DNA of 64,000 bases from an uncultured Verrucomicrobiae bacterium (GCA_963801815.1 CAWDGJ010000006.1:1-64000), one strand, 5' to 3'; shown: positions 21,236 through 31,855, numbered from the stretch's first letter. Notes: a model not told the origin generated them from the sequence alone. Program-made: numbers and translations.

Positions 21236-21991
21236 TCACAACCTCCACTTGCGTGATTGGAACGCCTGGTAAGTCAACGTCAGCACAAACGCAGTCATGC
21301 TCAGATAAAAAACGATTGGTCGCGTATCGATGATGCCTCGCGAATACGTCCCCATGTGTTCGATGGCCGAGAAATAGCCCAGCGCGTCTCGCATTCCCGA
21401 GCTGATATCGAGCAGGACGAATTGAACCAGGCCGAGAAAAAACAGGAGCGTGATCGTGCAAAAGGAAATGACCGCGGCGACGATCTGGTTCTTTGTCAGC
21501 ACCGAGGCAAAGCAACCGACCGACAAATAAAACATTCCGAGCAATAACAGCATCAAATACGAACCCAAATAGGCGCCGAGTGAATTCGCGGCTGGTTGAT
21601 GGGTGATCTTTTGGAAAATCCAAAAGTAGAGCAGGGTTGGAAGCCAAAGCGCGATGTAAAATACAACTGCGCCAAAAAACTTTGCCAGCACCACCTGCAA
21701 ATCGCGCACCGGCGCTGTCATCAACGGTTCGATTGTGCCGAGTTTAAGCTCCTCGGAAAACAAACGCATCGTGATAAGCGGAAAAATCAGGACAAAAGCG
21801 AACCAGAAAAATACGGAATTGAAAAACGCTTCCAGGACCGAGTAGGCGGCCGGGCGCTGGTTCATGAAAGAAACCTGGAAATAAAAATCCACCCCGCTCA
21901 CGAGGAGAAAAAACACCAGGACGATGTAAGCGATCGGCGAATGGAAGTATCCGCGGACTTCGCGAGTGAGAAGTGCGTAAAATTTTCTCAC
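21236..21991 (-). CDS. ABC-2 type permease (GldF-like)
   Basis: REVRGYFHSPIAY, TMRLFSEELKLGTIEPLMTAP. Confidence 0.9.
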   Translation of the reverse strand: MRKFYALLTREVRGYFHSPIAYIVLVFFLLVSGVDFYFQVSFMNQRPAAYSVLEAFFNSVFFWFAFVLIFPLITMRLFSEELKLGTIEPLMTAPVRDLQVVLAKFFGAVVFYIALWLPTLLYFWIFQKITHQPAANSLGAYLGSYLMLLLLGMFYLSVGCFASVLTKNQIVAAVISFCTITLLFFLGLVQFVLLDISSGMRDALGYFSAIEHMGTYSRGIIDTRPIVFYLSMTAFVLTLTYQAFQSRKWRL

Positions 21992-21993
21992 CG

Positions 21994-22953
21994 CTAAACC
22001 GATACCTCCGCATGCGTGATCTCGACGAACACGTCTTCGAGCGTGGCCCGGCGTTGCGACAGTTCGCGCAGAGTCCAGCGCCGCGCCGCCGCAAGTTTGA
22101 AAATTTCCTCGCGAACATCGAGACCGGACTCGACACGCAATTGGAATACCTCCCAGCCGTCGGCTTGACCGACGGTCACATCGCGAACGCCCGAAATTCT
22201 TTTCAACTCTTCCGCGCCGTTGTCATTCCCGGTTTTTGCTTCAACGACCACGCCGCCGGCCTGGCGAATCTGACCGAGCAGATTCTCCGGGGTGTCGCAT
22301 GCTTCGATCCGGCCGTTGTGAATGATGATGACGCGGCTGCAGGTCATCTCGACCTCGGACAGAATGTGGGTGGACAGCAGAATGGTGTGTTGCTTCCCCA
22401 GATTCTTGATCAGTTCGCGCACCTGCCGGATCTGGTTTGGATCGAGTCCAATCGTCGGCTCGTCGAGAATCAGGAGATCGGGCTCATTGAGGAGTGCATC
22501 CGCCAGCCCGACGCGTTGGCGATAACCTTTTGAGAGTGCGCCAATCAATTTTCGTTCGACATCGCGCAGCCCACACAAATCCTTTACGTCGCCAACGCGT
22601 TCCGCGACTCGACGATGGGTGACACCTTTGAGCGCGGCCCGATAATCGAGATACTCAGTCACCCGCATGTCGTTGTAGAGCGGAACATTTTCCGGCATGT
22701 AGCCAAGACGCGAGCGCGCTTGAAGCGATTGTTCGAAAACATCGAAGCCCGCGATCGATGCGCGGCCCGAAGTGGCCGGCATGAATCCCGCCAGAATGCG
22801 CATCGTCGTCGTCTTGCCCGCGCCGTTCGGGCCGAGGAATCCCATGATCTCGCCGCGACCGACCTCGAAATTCAAATCGCGGATCGCGGTGTGGCCGGCG
22901 TAGCGTTTCGTTAGGTTTTCAACTTTGATCATTTCTGAAAATATGTCAGACAA
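21994..22953 (-). CDS. ABC transporter ATP-binding protein (GldA-like)
   Basis: GPNGAGKTT, LSKGYRQRVG, LILDEPT, STH. Confidence 0.92.
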   Translation of the reverse strand: MSDIFSEMIKVENLTKRYAGHTAIRDLNFEVGRGEIMGFLGPNGAGKTTTMRILAGFMPATSGRASIAGFDVFEQSLQARSRLGYMPENVPLYNDMRVTEYLDYRAALKGVTHRRVAERVGDVKDLCGLRDVERKLIGALSKGYRQRVGLADALLNEPDLLILDEPTIGLDPNQIRQVRELIKNLGKQHTILLSTHILSEVEMTCSRVIIIHNGRIEACDTPENLLGQIRQAGGVVVEAKTGNDNGAEELKRISGVRDVTVGQADGWEVFQLRVESGLDVREEIFKLAAARRWTLRELSQRRATLEDVFVEITHAEVSV

Positions 22954-22990
22954 CCGAACCAGAATTGCGTTGCCAAAAATTTTTCGATTG

Positions 22991-24148
22991 TCAACGAGCG
23001 GTGAGCGTCAGCGTTTCCACTCGCTGGGCACCATTCGCTCGCACAACTCCAATTGCAAAGTCGACGCTAGTTCCACTACTAGCGAGGCTTAAGAGCGCTT
23101 CCACTTCTTTCACCGAATTCACATTGCGTTTTCCGATCTTATAGATCACGAGACCACGCTCTACTCCCGACTCGTCGGCTGGGCTGTCGGATTCCACTGA
23201 ACTGATCAGCACACCTCGGCCGGCTTGGTAACCGAGTGCGTCCGTCAGCTCCTGCGTTAAATCCTGAAGTTGCATTCCGAAAAGACGTTCCGCATTGGAC
23301 GAGGCGGATGCTTCGTCAGTCGCCGGTTGAAGTTTCTGACCGGGATGCTTTTCCGCGAACGCTTTGAACTTGGCGACGCTGTCCCGAACAACATCGGCCG
23401 GAATGGCGAAACCGAGGCCCTGGGTCGGAACGCCTTGTGGCGTGAATGCCATTTTGGCCGAGCTAATTCCGACCAGCCGCCCGGATATATCGATCACCGG
23501 TCCGCCACTGTTGCCCGGATTAATCGCCGCGTCGGTTTGCACGAGATCTTTATATTCGACGTTGTCGATCGCAATGTCGCGTTTCGTTGCGCTCACTACA
23601 CCGCGGCTAATCGAGCTCCCGTAGCCAACCGCGTTGCCAACCACGATGACCGTTTCGCCTAACAAATTTGGCGAAATATTTTCCAAGCTGATGAATGGAA
23701 AGGATTCCTTCGAATCGATCTTGATAAACGCGAGGTCTTTTTTCTCGTCGCCCGTGATGTAATGCGCGCTATAGGTTTTGCCATTGTTGGTCGTCACTTG
23801 AATCTTCAAATCCGCAGCACGCTCCACCACGTGCTGGTTGGTGACGATGTAGCCCGCTGGATCGACAATGAATCCCGAACCGAGACTTTGCAGCGTTTGC
23901 CGGATTTCGCGCGGCCGCCCGCGATAGGTGCCAAAAAATTGCGCGTAAAAATCCTCGATGGGATCGCGTACGCTGCGCCGGATCACACGCTCGGTGTTAA
24001 TATTAACGACCGCTGGCAACACTTTCGCTACGGCCAGCACCGCCGGCTCTGCTGCCGGATCGGATTGGGCGTCGCAGGATGACGATCCGGCGATTGAGAG
24101 CGCACCCACGGAGAGCAATGCCACTGACGTTTTCCAGGGAATTCCCAT
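22991..24148 (-). CDS. HtrA/DegP-family trypsin-like serine protease with PDZ domain
   Basis: GSGFI, TNQHVV, DLA, QTDAAINPGNSGGP; signal peptide; C-terminal PDZ. Confidence 0.92.
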   Translation of the reverse strand: MGIPWKTSVALLSVGALSIAGSSSCDAQSDPAAEPAVLAVAKVLPAVVNINTERVIRRSVRDPIEDFYAQFFGTYRGRPREIRQTLQSLGSGFIVDPAGYIVTNQHVVERAADLKIQVTTNNGKTYSAHYITGDEKKDLAFIKIDSKESFPFISLENISPNLLGETVIVVGNAVGYGSSISRGVVSATKRDIAIDNVEYKDLVQTDAAINPGNSGGPVIDISGRLVGISSAKMAFTPQGVPTQGLGFAIPADVVRDSVAKFKAFAEKHPGQKLQPATDEASASSNAERLFGMQLQDLTQELTDALGYQAGRGVLISSVESDSPADESGVERGLVIYKIGKRNVNSVKEVEALLSLASSGTSVDFAIGVVRANGAQRVETLTLTAR

Positions 24149-24201
24149 TCGTGGGCTGCAAGTAACGAGAGTGCTTCGGCACTGTCAACTTGCCGCTGAT
24201 T

Positions 24202-24258
24202 TGTAGCCACGGCGCTATGCGCCGTTGTCCAAAGACGTGCTACAGGCACGTGGCGACA
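24202..24258. repeat. TGTAG-type REP doublet (same family as 52273-52325)
   Basis: TGTAGCCACGGCGCTATGCGCCGT is the reverse complement of the right half of the 52273-52325 repeat. Confidence 0.85.
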
Positions 24259-24300
24259 GCACTTGCTGCTCGGCTCAATCGTTGGAAATTAGATCTGGCA

Positions 24301-27066
24301 ATGCGGACAACACTTGGAGCTCGAGCGAACCTCGACCTGATCGACCAGAATTATCAGCGCTGGCAACAAGACCCGGCATCGGTCGACCCAAGCTGGGTCG
24401 CGTTCTTTGAGGGATTTGAGCTTGGGAATTTACCGCAAAAAAATGGTGCTGGGGTAGCCGCGCCGTATCCCGTCACGCGGGAGAGCCCGTTGCAAACGCG
24501 CATCGACGGTTTGGTTTATGCGTATCGCACACTTGGCCACACCATCGCGCGGGTAAATCCGCTTGCGGAAAAACGACCGGAAAATCCGCTGCTCTCACTG
24601 CGTGAACTCGGTTTCAGCGAAAAAGATCTCGATCTTCGCGTCTCCTCGAAATTCTTTCTCGATAATCAGGAAATGACGCTGCGCGACATGATCGCGCGTC
24701 TCACGAGAATTTACGCGGACTCAATCGGCGCCGAATTCATGCACATCCAGAACCCGCGTGTTCGCAACTGGGTTCTGCATCGACTGGAGTCGCGACCGAA
24801 CAAACACGACACGCCTCGCCAGGTGAAGATCGCGCTTCTGCGGGCACTGATGGAAGCCGAGTCGTTCGAAACGTTTCTCCACTCGCGTTACGTCGGGCAA
24901 AAACGGTTCTCACTGCAGGGAGCGGAATCGCTGCTGGTGATCCTCGACAGCATTTTGCACAAATGTGCACTCGATGGTGTTGAAGAAATTTGCATGGGCA
25001 TGGCACATCGGGGCCGGCTCAACGTGCTCGCAAATTTCCTCAAGAAATCGCTGCGCGTCATTTTTACCGAGTTCAGCGAAAACTACATTCCGGAATCTGT
25101 AGCTGGCGACGGTGACGTGAAATATCACCTTGGTTATCGGACCGTCCGCAAACTCGGTTCAGGCGCGCAGATCGAGATCCGTCTCGCGGCAAATCCGAGC
25201 CATCTTGAAGCAGTTGATCCGGTTGTGGAAGGGACGGCGCGCGCGAGGCAGCGAATTCGCGGCGACACCGAGCACCGAAAGAAAGTTTTACCGTTGCTGA
25301 TTCACGGCGACGCGGCCTTCGCCGGGCAGGGGATCGTTGCCGAAACATTAAACATGTCGCAACTGCACGGTTATGGGACGGGCGGCACCGTCCACGTGGT
25401 GGTAAACAACCAAATCGGGTTTACCACACTCCCGGAAGACGCACGCTCGTCAATGTACGCGACCGATATCGCAAAGATGATTGAGGCACCGATTTTCCAC
25501 GTGAACGGCGATGATCCGCTCGCGTGCATGCAGGTGAGCCAGCTCGTGCTCGATTTTCGTCAGGAATTTGGCCGCGACGTGGTGATCGACATGTATTGCT
25601 ACCGCCGCTATGGGCACAACGAAGGCGACGAGCCGGCGTTCACTCAGCCTGATCTTTACGCGAAGATCGACAAACATCCGTCGGCCGAGCAGTCGTATAA
25701 GCGCGAACTTTTGGAATCAGGCGCGTTGACCGAAGACGATGCCGCGTCGCTCGAAACGGAAATGAGTCTGCGGCTCGAAATGGCGCTCGACACCGTCAAG
25801 GCGCTGGAAAAAGAAAAGGCCGGCAAACAGGCGCAATTCAAGGAAGCGGCTGCGGTTTTTCAACCGGAATACACCAGCGCACCCGTTTCAACGGCGATCA
25901 ACGAAAAAATGTTGAGCAAGATCGTCGATGCGCTGACGCACGTACCGGACAATTTCAACGTCCAGCCCAAAATTAAACGCGTCGTGCTCGAACATCGCCG
26001 AAAGGTTTTCGAGAATGGCGGGCCCTACGAATGGCATTATGCCGAGCTCCTCGCGTTTGGCTCGCTGCTGTTGGAAGGAATGCCGGTTCGTTTGTCCGGG
26101 CAGGACAGTGCGCGAGGGACGTTCAGTACACGGCACGCGATCCTTTACGATTCGAAAACCGGGGCGCCCTACGTGCCGCTGATGCACATGAATGGTCCGA
26201 GCCGGACTGGCACTAAGCAGGCGCGCATTTGCATTTACAACAGCTTGTTATCCGAAGCCGCGGTGCTGGGGTTCGATTACGGTTACTCGCTCGATTATCC
26301 GAACATGCTTTGTTTGTGGGAAGCGCAGTTCGGCGACTTCTCGAACGGCGCGCAAACGATCATCGACCAGTTCATCGCTTCGGCGGAATCCAAGTGGCAA
26401 CGTCCGAGCGGGATTGTGTTGCTGTTGCCGCATGGTTACGAAGGCCAGGGACCGGAACATTCCAGCGGTCGCCTCGAACGTTTCCTTCAACTTTGCGCCG
26501 AGGAAAACATGCAGGTGTGCAATCTAACAACCGCCGCTCAATACTTCCACGTTCTGCGACGCCAGATGAAGCGCGACTTCATCAAGCCGCTCGTAATTAT
26601 GACGCCGAAGAGTTTGCTGCGGGCCGAGTTCGCGTCGTCGCAGGCGGAAGAATTCACCAACGGGAAGTTCCAGGAGATTCTCGGATCACCCGATGTCGGA
26701 TCGGCGAGCAGGATGAAGCGGGTGATTCTCTGCTCAGGCAAGGTTTATTACGATCTTATCAATTACCGCACGGAGAAAAAGATAGACAGCGCCGCGATTA
26801 TCCGGGTCGAGCAGCTTTATCCTCTGCACGAAAAGAAATTAAAATCGATGGTGAACGCGTTTCCGAAAACCACACAGTTGGTGTGGTGCCAGGAAGAACC
26901 GCAAAACATGGGTGCGTGGACGTTCATCGAGCCGCGGCTACGAAAATTGTTTGGACGCGAAATCGCTTACGCCGGCCGCGATGCCAGTGCGAGTCCAGCT
27001 GTCGGCTCGTTAGTCCTCCACAAACGCGAACAAGCCTGCCTGGTTCGGGACGCGTTTAACGTTTAA
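24301..27066 (+). CDS. sucA: 2-oxoglutarate dehydrogenase E1 component
   Basis: GQKRFSL, GMAHRGRLNVL, GDVKYHLG, HGDAAFAGQG, WEAQFGDF, LPHGYEGQGPEHSS; GPSRTG insertion at 26194-26211. Confidence 0.97.
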   Translation: MRTTLGARANLDLIDQNYQRWQQDPASVDPSWVAFFEGFELGNLPQKNGAGVAAPYPVTRESPLQTRIDGLVYAYRTLGHTIARVNPLAEKRPENPLLSLRELGFSEKDLDLRVSSKFFLDNQEMTLRDMIARLTRIYADSIGAEFMHIQNPRVRNWVLHRLESRPNKHDTPRQVKIALLRALMEAESFETFLHSRYVGQKRFSLQGAESLLVILDSILHKCALDGVEEICMGMAHRGRLNVLANFLKKSLRVIFTEFSENYIPESVAGDGDVKYHLGYRTVRKLGSGAQIEIRLAANPSHLEAVDPVVEGTARARQRIRGDTEHRKKVLPLLIHGDAAFAGQGIVAETLNMSQLHGYGTGGTVHVVVNNQIGFTTLPEDARSSMYATDIAKMIEAPIFHVNGDDPLACMQVSQLVLDFRQEFGRDVVIDMYCYRRYGHNEGDEPAFTQPDLYAKIDKHPSAEQSYKRELLESGALTEDDAASLETEMSLRLEMALDTVKALEKEKAGKQAQFKEAAAVFQPEYTSAPVSTAINEKMLSKIVDALTHVPDNFNVQPKIKRVVLEHRRKVFENGGPYEWHYAELLAFGSLLLEGMPVRLSGQDSARGTFSTRHAILYDSKTGAPYVPLMHMNGPSRTGTKQARICIYNSLLSEAAVLGFDYGYSLDYPNMLCLWEAQFGDFSNGAQTIIDQFIASAESKWQRPSGIVLLLPHGYEGQGPEHSSGRLERFLQLCAEENMQVCNLTTAAQYFHVLRRQMKRDFIKPLVIMTPKSLLRAEFASSQAEEFTNGKFQEILGSPDVGSASRMKRVILCSGKVYYDLINYRTEKKIDSAAIIRVEQLYPLHEKKLKSMVNAFPKTTQLVWCQEEPQNMGAWTFIEPRLRKLFGREIAYAGRDASASPAVGSLVLHKREQACLVRDAFNV

Positions 27067-27081
27067 GGCCGTTTTCATTGA

Positions 27082-27101
27082 TACCGCGCTTTAGCGCGGT
27101 G
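27082..27101. repeat. GC-rich hairpin between sucA and sucB (REP-like or terminator-like)
   Basis: ACCGCGCT-TT-AGCGCGGT. Confidence 0.5.
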
Positions 27102-27180
27102 CTTATGAGAAAGCTGAAGCTCGTCGAGGTTATCAACGTTTGATTCGACCGGGCGTTTTTTCTGCGCTTAGTTAGGCGCA

Positions 27181-28440
27181 ATGAGCGTGGAAGTGAAAAT
27201 TCCGGCGGTCGGCGAATCGATTTCGAGTGGAGTCGTTTCCGTCTGGCACAAAAAATCTGGCGATTTCGTGAACGCGGGTGACGCGCTCTTCACTCTGGAA
27301 ACGGACAAGGTCTCAACCGAGATCGCAGCCGAAACTTCCGGTGTTCTCGATACGATTGCTCACGAAGGCCAGGAAGTGAAAATAGGCGAAGTCGTCGCGA
27401 CGATCGACGACTCAAAGAAAGCGACGGCCGGTGCTTCGAGTGGAAAAAAATCTGGAGGGGACACTGTTGATGCCAGTCCGGCTCGGACCGTCCCTGGGAA
27501 GCCAGCCGCTTCCCCTCCAAAAGAAAAGACCGCGGACGGGGAAGCTCTTTCTCCGGCGGTGCGGCGAATTGTCGACGAGGAACATCTCGATCCAGCGAAA
27601 ATTTCAGGGACAGGTCCGGGCGGACGAATCACAAAGGCCGATGCGTTGACCGCGGCGCAAAATCGCGGGCCTGTAGGAGACGCTGTTAGCGTCTCGGGAA
27701 AGCAGGCTGCTTCCCATACAGAAGGCCGAGAACCATCAGACGGGCGCGTTGTTCGGAAGAAAATGTCGCCGTTGCGCCGCAAGATTGCTGCGCAGCTGGT
27801 GATGGCGCAGCACACAGCGGCGATCCTGACGACGTTCAATGAATGCGACATGAGCGTCGTTCAAAAGTTGCGCGCGGATTCGCAGGACGCGTTCGTGAAA
27901 AAGAATGGCGTGAAGCTCGGCTTCATGTCGTTCTTCATCAAAGCGAGCGTCGAAGCGCTCAAAGCCGTGCCGGTAGTGAACGGGCGGATCGAAGACGAAG
28001 ATTTCATTCAAAACAATTTCTACGACATCGGCGTTGCAGTTGGGACGGACCGCGGATTGGTGGTGCCGATAGTGCGGGACGCGGACAAGAAATCGTTCGT
28101 CGACCTGGAACGTGAGATCGCCGATTTTGCGGTTCGTGCGCGGGAAGGAAAATTGAAATTCGAAGATCTGACTGGCGGGACATTCACCGTGTCGAACGGC
28201 GGCGTTTATGGTTCGCTCATTAGCACGCCGATTTTGAATTTTCCCCAAAGTGGAATCCTCGGGATGCACAAGATCATGCCGCGGCCGATTGCGGTGGATG
28301 GTAAGATGGAAATTCGTCCGATGATGTATCTCGCGCTCAGCTACGACCACCGCGCGATTGACGGCAAAGAGGCGGTGACGTTCCTGATCAAAGTGAAAGA
28401 ATGCATCGAGGATCCAAAGAAAATGCCGCTGGATTTTTAG
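27181..28440 (+). CDS. sucB: Dihydrolipoamide succinyltransferase (E2)
   Basis: Lipoyl motif ETDKVS, E3-binding [12 protein letters not shown], catalytic SYDHRAIDG. Confidence 0.96.
   Translation: MSVEVKIPAVGESISSGVVSVWHKKSGDFVNAGDALFTLETDKVSTEIAAETSGVLDTIAHEGQEVKIGEVVATIDDSKKATAGASSGKKSGGDTVDASPARTVPGKPAASPPKEKTADGEALSPAVRRIVDEEHLDPAKISGTGPGGRITKADALTAAQNRGPVGDAVSVSGKQAASHTEGREPSDGRVVRKKMSPLRRKIAAQLVMAQHTAAILTTFNECDMSVVQKLRADSQDAFVKKNGVKLGFMSFFIKASVEALKAVPVVNGRIEDEDFIQNNFYDIGVAVGTDRGLVVPIVRDADKKSFVDLEREIADFAVRAREGKLKFEDLTGGTFTVSNGGVYGSLISTPILNFPQSGILGMHKIMPRPIAVDGKMEIRPMMYLALSYDHRAIDGKEAVTFLIKVKECIEDPKKMPLDF
27453..27519. repeat. 49-bp REP doublet plus nested 18-bp element inside sucB linker 1
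   Basis: TGGAGGGG...CCCCTCCA ends; removing 27472-27489 restores GGGACA-N7-TGTCCC. Confidence 0.85.
27672..27720. repeat. 49-bp REP doublet inside sucB linker 2
   Basis: TGTAG...ATACA ends, hairpin GAGACGCT-GTT-AGCGTCTC; colinear with the linker-1 copy. Confidence 0.85.
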
Positions 28441-28997
28441 TTTCTTTCTTTTGACCGGACCGACAAACGCGCGCGCGTCATGCGCTCGCGTAAGCCACCC
28501 TCCTTTAGAAACGCTTTTTCGAGTTGCCGTAGTTGCTGGTCGAGGAGGTAGTTAGTCTGATGAATTACGCAAATAAGGATGTTTGCTACGATTCCCGATG
28601 ATCGCGTTTCAATATACGTCCTATAGGTCTCATAGGACGAATTCCTGTCATTTCCCAAGCGTCTAACGAAACGTGCTCCGCGACTATCCTTGTCCCACAG
28701 CGGCAATGCGCGCACACGAAGGAAATCACGATAATCTTCCAACAGTTCCTCCAAACTAGCGCGGGCGACGTTCATTAGCTTGATTTCAGTTTCCTTGGAT
28801 GTTCCGGACGCCTGGCTTCCTTCAATAATGTTCTGTTTACCGGAACGCGCTGCTTGCACCATTTGGTCACGCGTCCGGTCTCGTTTTTCCAGGAAACGCT
28901 CGCAAAAGCGGACGGTGGCGTCATAGACGATTCTTGCTTTGCGAAACGAAAGCAGGTCTTCATAACCGCCGTGCGGGGGGATAAAGTTCTGGGGCAA
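28437..28997 (-). CDS. Four helix bundle protein with suffix domain (TIGR02436/TIGR04258-like)
   Basis: [61 protein letters not shown] start inferred. Confidence 0.88.
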   Translation of the reverse strand: MPQNFIPPHGGYEDLLSFRKARIVYDATVRFCERFLEKRDRTRDQMVQAARSGKQNIIEGSQASGTSKETEIKLMNVARASLEELLEDYRDFLRVRALPLWDKDSRGARFVRRLGNDRNSSYETYRTYIETRSSGIVANILICVIHQTNYLLDQQLRQLEKAFLKEGGLRERMTRARLSVRSKERN

Positions 28998-29040
28998 GGT
29001 GGACAGGATATATGTCACATGGGACTTATACGACCTATAA

Positions 29041-30459
29041 ATGGCTTCAGATAAATTTGACATTATTATCATCGGCTCAGGACCGGGCGGGTACGTCGCG
29101 GCTATTCGAGCAGGCCAGCTCGGTTTGAAAACCGCGATTGTCGAGAAAGAGAGGGAGCTCGGCGGAACATGTCTGAACATCGGCTGCATTCCGAGCAAAG
29201 CGCTGCTGACTTCGAGCGATCATTTCATGTTCGCGAAAAAGGAGGCCGTCAAGCACGGCATCGTGATCGAGAACGCAACCGTCGATCTTAACAAGATGCT
29301 GCAACGCAAAGACAAAGTCGTGAAAACAATGAACAGCGGGGTGCGCGCGCTGATGAAAACGAACAAGGTGACGACGGTCGAAGGATTCGGCACGATCACA
29401 GCACCGGGAAAAGTTTCTGTCAAAAGTTCGGACCCCGCCGCGGCGGGGCAAGAGATCGAAACGAAAAACATCATTATCGCGACTGGGAGCGTGCCGGTTG
29501 AACTTCCATTTGCGAAGTTCGACGGCAAAACCATTGTCAGCAGCACCGAAGCACTGAGTTTCGTCGAGCCACCCAAGAAATTCCTTGTGATCGGCGCGGG
29601 CGCGATCGGGCTTGAGCTCGGTTCGGTTTGGAACCGGCTCGGTTCCGAAGTGACAATTCTGGAGTTCCTGCCGCGGATCGCCGTGGGATTTGATTTGGAA
29701 TTGTCCAATCTGTTGCAGCGTTCCCTCACTGCGCAGGGCATCACGTTTCATCTTGAAGCGAAAGTGAGCGCGATTGACCTGAGCAACGGCCGCGCGATCG
29801 CGACAGCGACGAAGGGAAAGGAAGAACTAAAGTTTGAGGCCGACAAAGTGCTCGTCTCGGTTGGACGCAAGCCATTTAGCGAGGGTCTTGGCGCTGAGAA
29901 AGTTGGCGTCGAGTTCGACGAAAAAAAGCGAATCAAAGTCGACAAACATTTCAAGACCAATGTGGACGGCGTTTATGCGATCGGCGACGTCATTGCCGGA
30001 CCGATGCTTGCGCACAAAGCCGAGGATGAAGGCATTGCGTGCGTTGAAGGAATCGCCGGCAAAGACGGCCATATTAATTATGACGCGATCGCCGGAATCA
30101 TTTACACGAATCCGGAACTAGCCGGCGTCGGCTTGACTGAAGAGCAGGCGAAAGAGAAGGGGATCGATTATCGAGTCGGAAGGTTTCCGTTTCGCGCAAA
30201 CGGACGCGCGGTCGCGAACGAAGAGCTCGATGGAATGGTCAAGTTTGTGGCCGACGCGAAGACCGATCGCATCCTTGGCGCGCACATCTTGCAACACGCG
30301 GCCTCAGAATTGATCGCCGAAGCGGTCTCAGTGATCGAATTTGGGGGCAGCTCGGAAGATCTTGGTCGCACCTGTCATGCGCATCCGACTTTGAGCGAAG
30401 CGGTGAAAGAAGCGGCGCTCAATGTCGAAAAGCGCGCTCTGCACATTATCAACCGGTAG
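29041..30459 (+). CDS. lpdA: Dihydrolipoyl dehydrogenase (E3)
   Basis: GSGPGGY, GGTCLNIGCIPSK, GAGAIGLE, HAHPTLSE. Confidence 0.97.
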   Translation: MASDKFDIIIIGSGPGGYVAAIRAGQLGLKTAIVEKERELGGTCLNIGCIPSKALLTSSDHFMFAKKEAVKHGIVIENATVDLNKMLQRKDKVVKTMNSGVRALMKTNKVTTVEGFGTITAPGKVSVKSSDPAAAGQEIETKNIIIATGSVPVELPFAKFDGKTIVSSTEALSFVEPPKKFLVIGAGAIGLELGSVWNRLGSEVTILEFLPRIAVGFDLELSNLLQRSLTAQGITFHLEAKVSAIDLSNGRAIATATKGKEELKFEADKVLVSVGRKPFSEGLGAEKVGVEFDEKKRIKVDKHFKTNVDGVYAIGDVIAGPMLAHKAEDEGIACVEGIAGKDGHINYDAIAGIIYTNPELAGVGLTEEQAKEKGIDYRVGRFPFRANGRAVANEELDGMVKFVADAKTDRILGAHILQHAASELIAEAVSVIEFGGSSEDLGRTCHAHPTLSEAVKEAALNVEKRALHIINR

Positions 30460-31747
30460 TTCGCGCGAGCGCCGATTCGCGTCTACGAATTGCCGCGAGC
30501 GAAATCGCCGCGGAAATGGCGCAAACGATTGCGCCGGTCCCGAGCGCAAAAGGAGTGCCGAACCAATTTGCCACCGCCCCAGCTTCGAGACTGCCAAGTG
30601 GAATCATTGCCCCGAAGATGAGCGACCAAACGCCCATCACGCGGCCTCGCATGTCGTCCGGCACAATGGTTTGCAACACCGTGTTGGTGGTCGAGAAGAA
30701 CAAAAGCATGCCGAATCCGGCGATGAAAAGAAACGCGAGGGCGACGTAAAAATCTCGCGCAAACGAAAACGCAACCAGCGCGGCCGAAAATAACCAAACG
30801 CCGCCGAGGGCGAGTTTTCGTGGCGCGAATCGATGTCCGAAAGTGGCTACCACCAGTGCGCCAACTAATGCGCCCATTCCGCTGGCCGACATCAATTCTC
30901 CGAATCCATCCGCGCCGCGCCCGAGCACGTCGCGGGCAAACGCCGGCATCACAACCATGTACGACCAGCCGAAAATGCCGACCGCGAGGAAGAGTAACAG
31001 GATGGCGCGAACGCGTGGGTGCTGAAAGGAATAAACAATTCCGTTCCAAGCGTGTTCGGCCGGTGAGACGATCTCGACTTTCCGTTCGAATTGCGCCAGC
31101 CGCATCATCAACAAACCGGCGATAACGGCGATGAAACTCAGGCCGTTGATTAAAAAACACATTGGCACACCGACGACGCCGATTATTAAACCGGCGAGCG
31201 ACGGACCGACGACGCGCGCTCCGTTGACGATAGAGCTGTTGAGCGAAATTGCGTTGAGCAAGTCTTCGCGGCTTGTCATCTCAACCGTGAACGCCTGTCG
31301 GGCCGGCATATCGAATCCCATCGCCACGCCATTGAGTGCCGCAATTATGACGATGAAGGTCACATTGGCGAACCCCGCCCAAATCCCGATCGCGAGCAGA
31401 AGAGCGCAGATCATCTGCGCGGTTTGAGTCGCCACCAGGATGGAGCGTTTCGGGTAGAGATCGGCCAGTGATCCGCCCCAGATTGAAAACAGCATCATCG
31501 GGGCCGAACCAACTGCCGCCACCGCGCCGAGCAGGAATTTAGAACTCGTGATTTCGTAGACAAACCAGCTCATGGCCGTTTGTTGCATCCAGGTGCCGAT
31601 CAGCGAGATCAGCTGACCCCAGAAAAACAGCCGGTAATTACGGTACCGGAGGGCGCGAAAGGTGTGCCGCCAGCTGACCCCGCCGACCGGCAGCCGCCGT
31701 AACCGGCCACTGATGTCCTCCGGGACTCGGGCGGTATCGGTGGCCAT
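30449..31747 (-). CDS. MFS transporter (MFS_3/DHA3-like)
   Basis: RNYRLFFWGQLISLIGTWMQ, MPARQAF, MRGRVMG; about 12 TM. Confidence 0.92.
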   Translation of the reverse strand: MATDTARVPEDISGRLRRLPVGGVSWRHTFRALRYRNYRLFFWGQLISLIGTWMQQTAMSWFVYEITSSKFLLGAVAAVGSAPMMLFSIWGGSLADLYPKRSILVATQTAQMICALLLAIGIWAGFANVTFIVIIAALNGVAMGFDMPARQAFTVEMTSREDLLNAISLNSSIVNGARVVGPSLAGLIIGVVGVPMCFLINGLSFIAVIAGLLMMRLAQFERKVEIVSPAEHAWNGIVYSFQHPRVRAILLLFLAVGIFGWSYMVVMPAFARDVLGRGADGFGELMSASGMGALVGALVVATFGHRFAPRKLALGGVWLFSAALVAFSFARDFYVALAFLFIAGFGMLLFFSTTNTVLQTIVPDDMRGRVMGVWSLIFGAMIPLGSLEAGAVANWFGTPFALGTGAIVCAISAAISLAAIRRRESALARTTG

Positions 31748-31855
31748 TCCTTATTCTAGCCAAGGACCCATAGGCTGCTCAAAATTGAGTCGAAACACCC
31801 CTATCTTTTTGCTTGGCAACACATTGCCCTTCTGCCAAAAGCCTCGGGGACAAGG

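Noticed and set aside
28998..29198. N-terminal extension of the 253-aa ORF
   Set aside because: It is antisense to the lpdA start; family similarity begins at [11 protein letters not shown]
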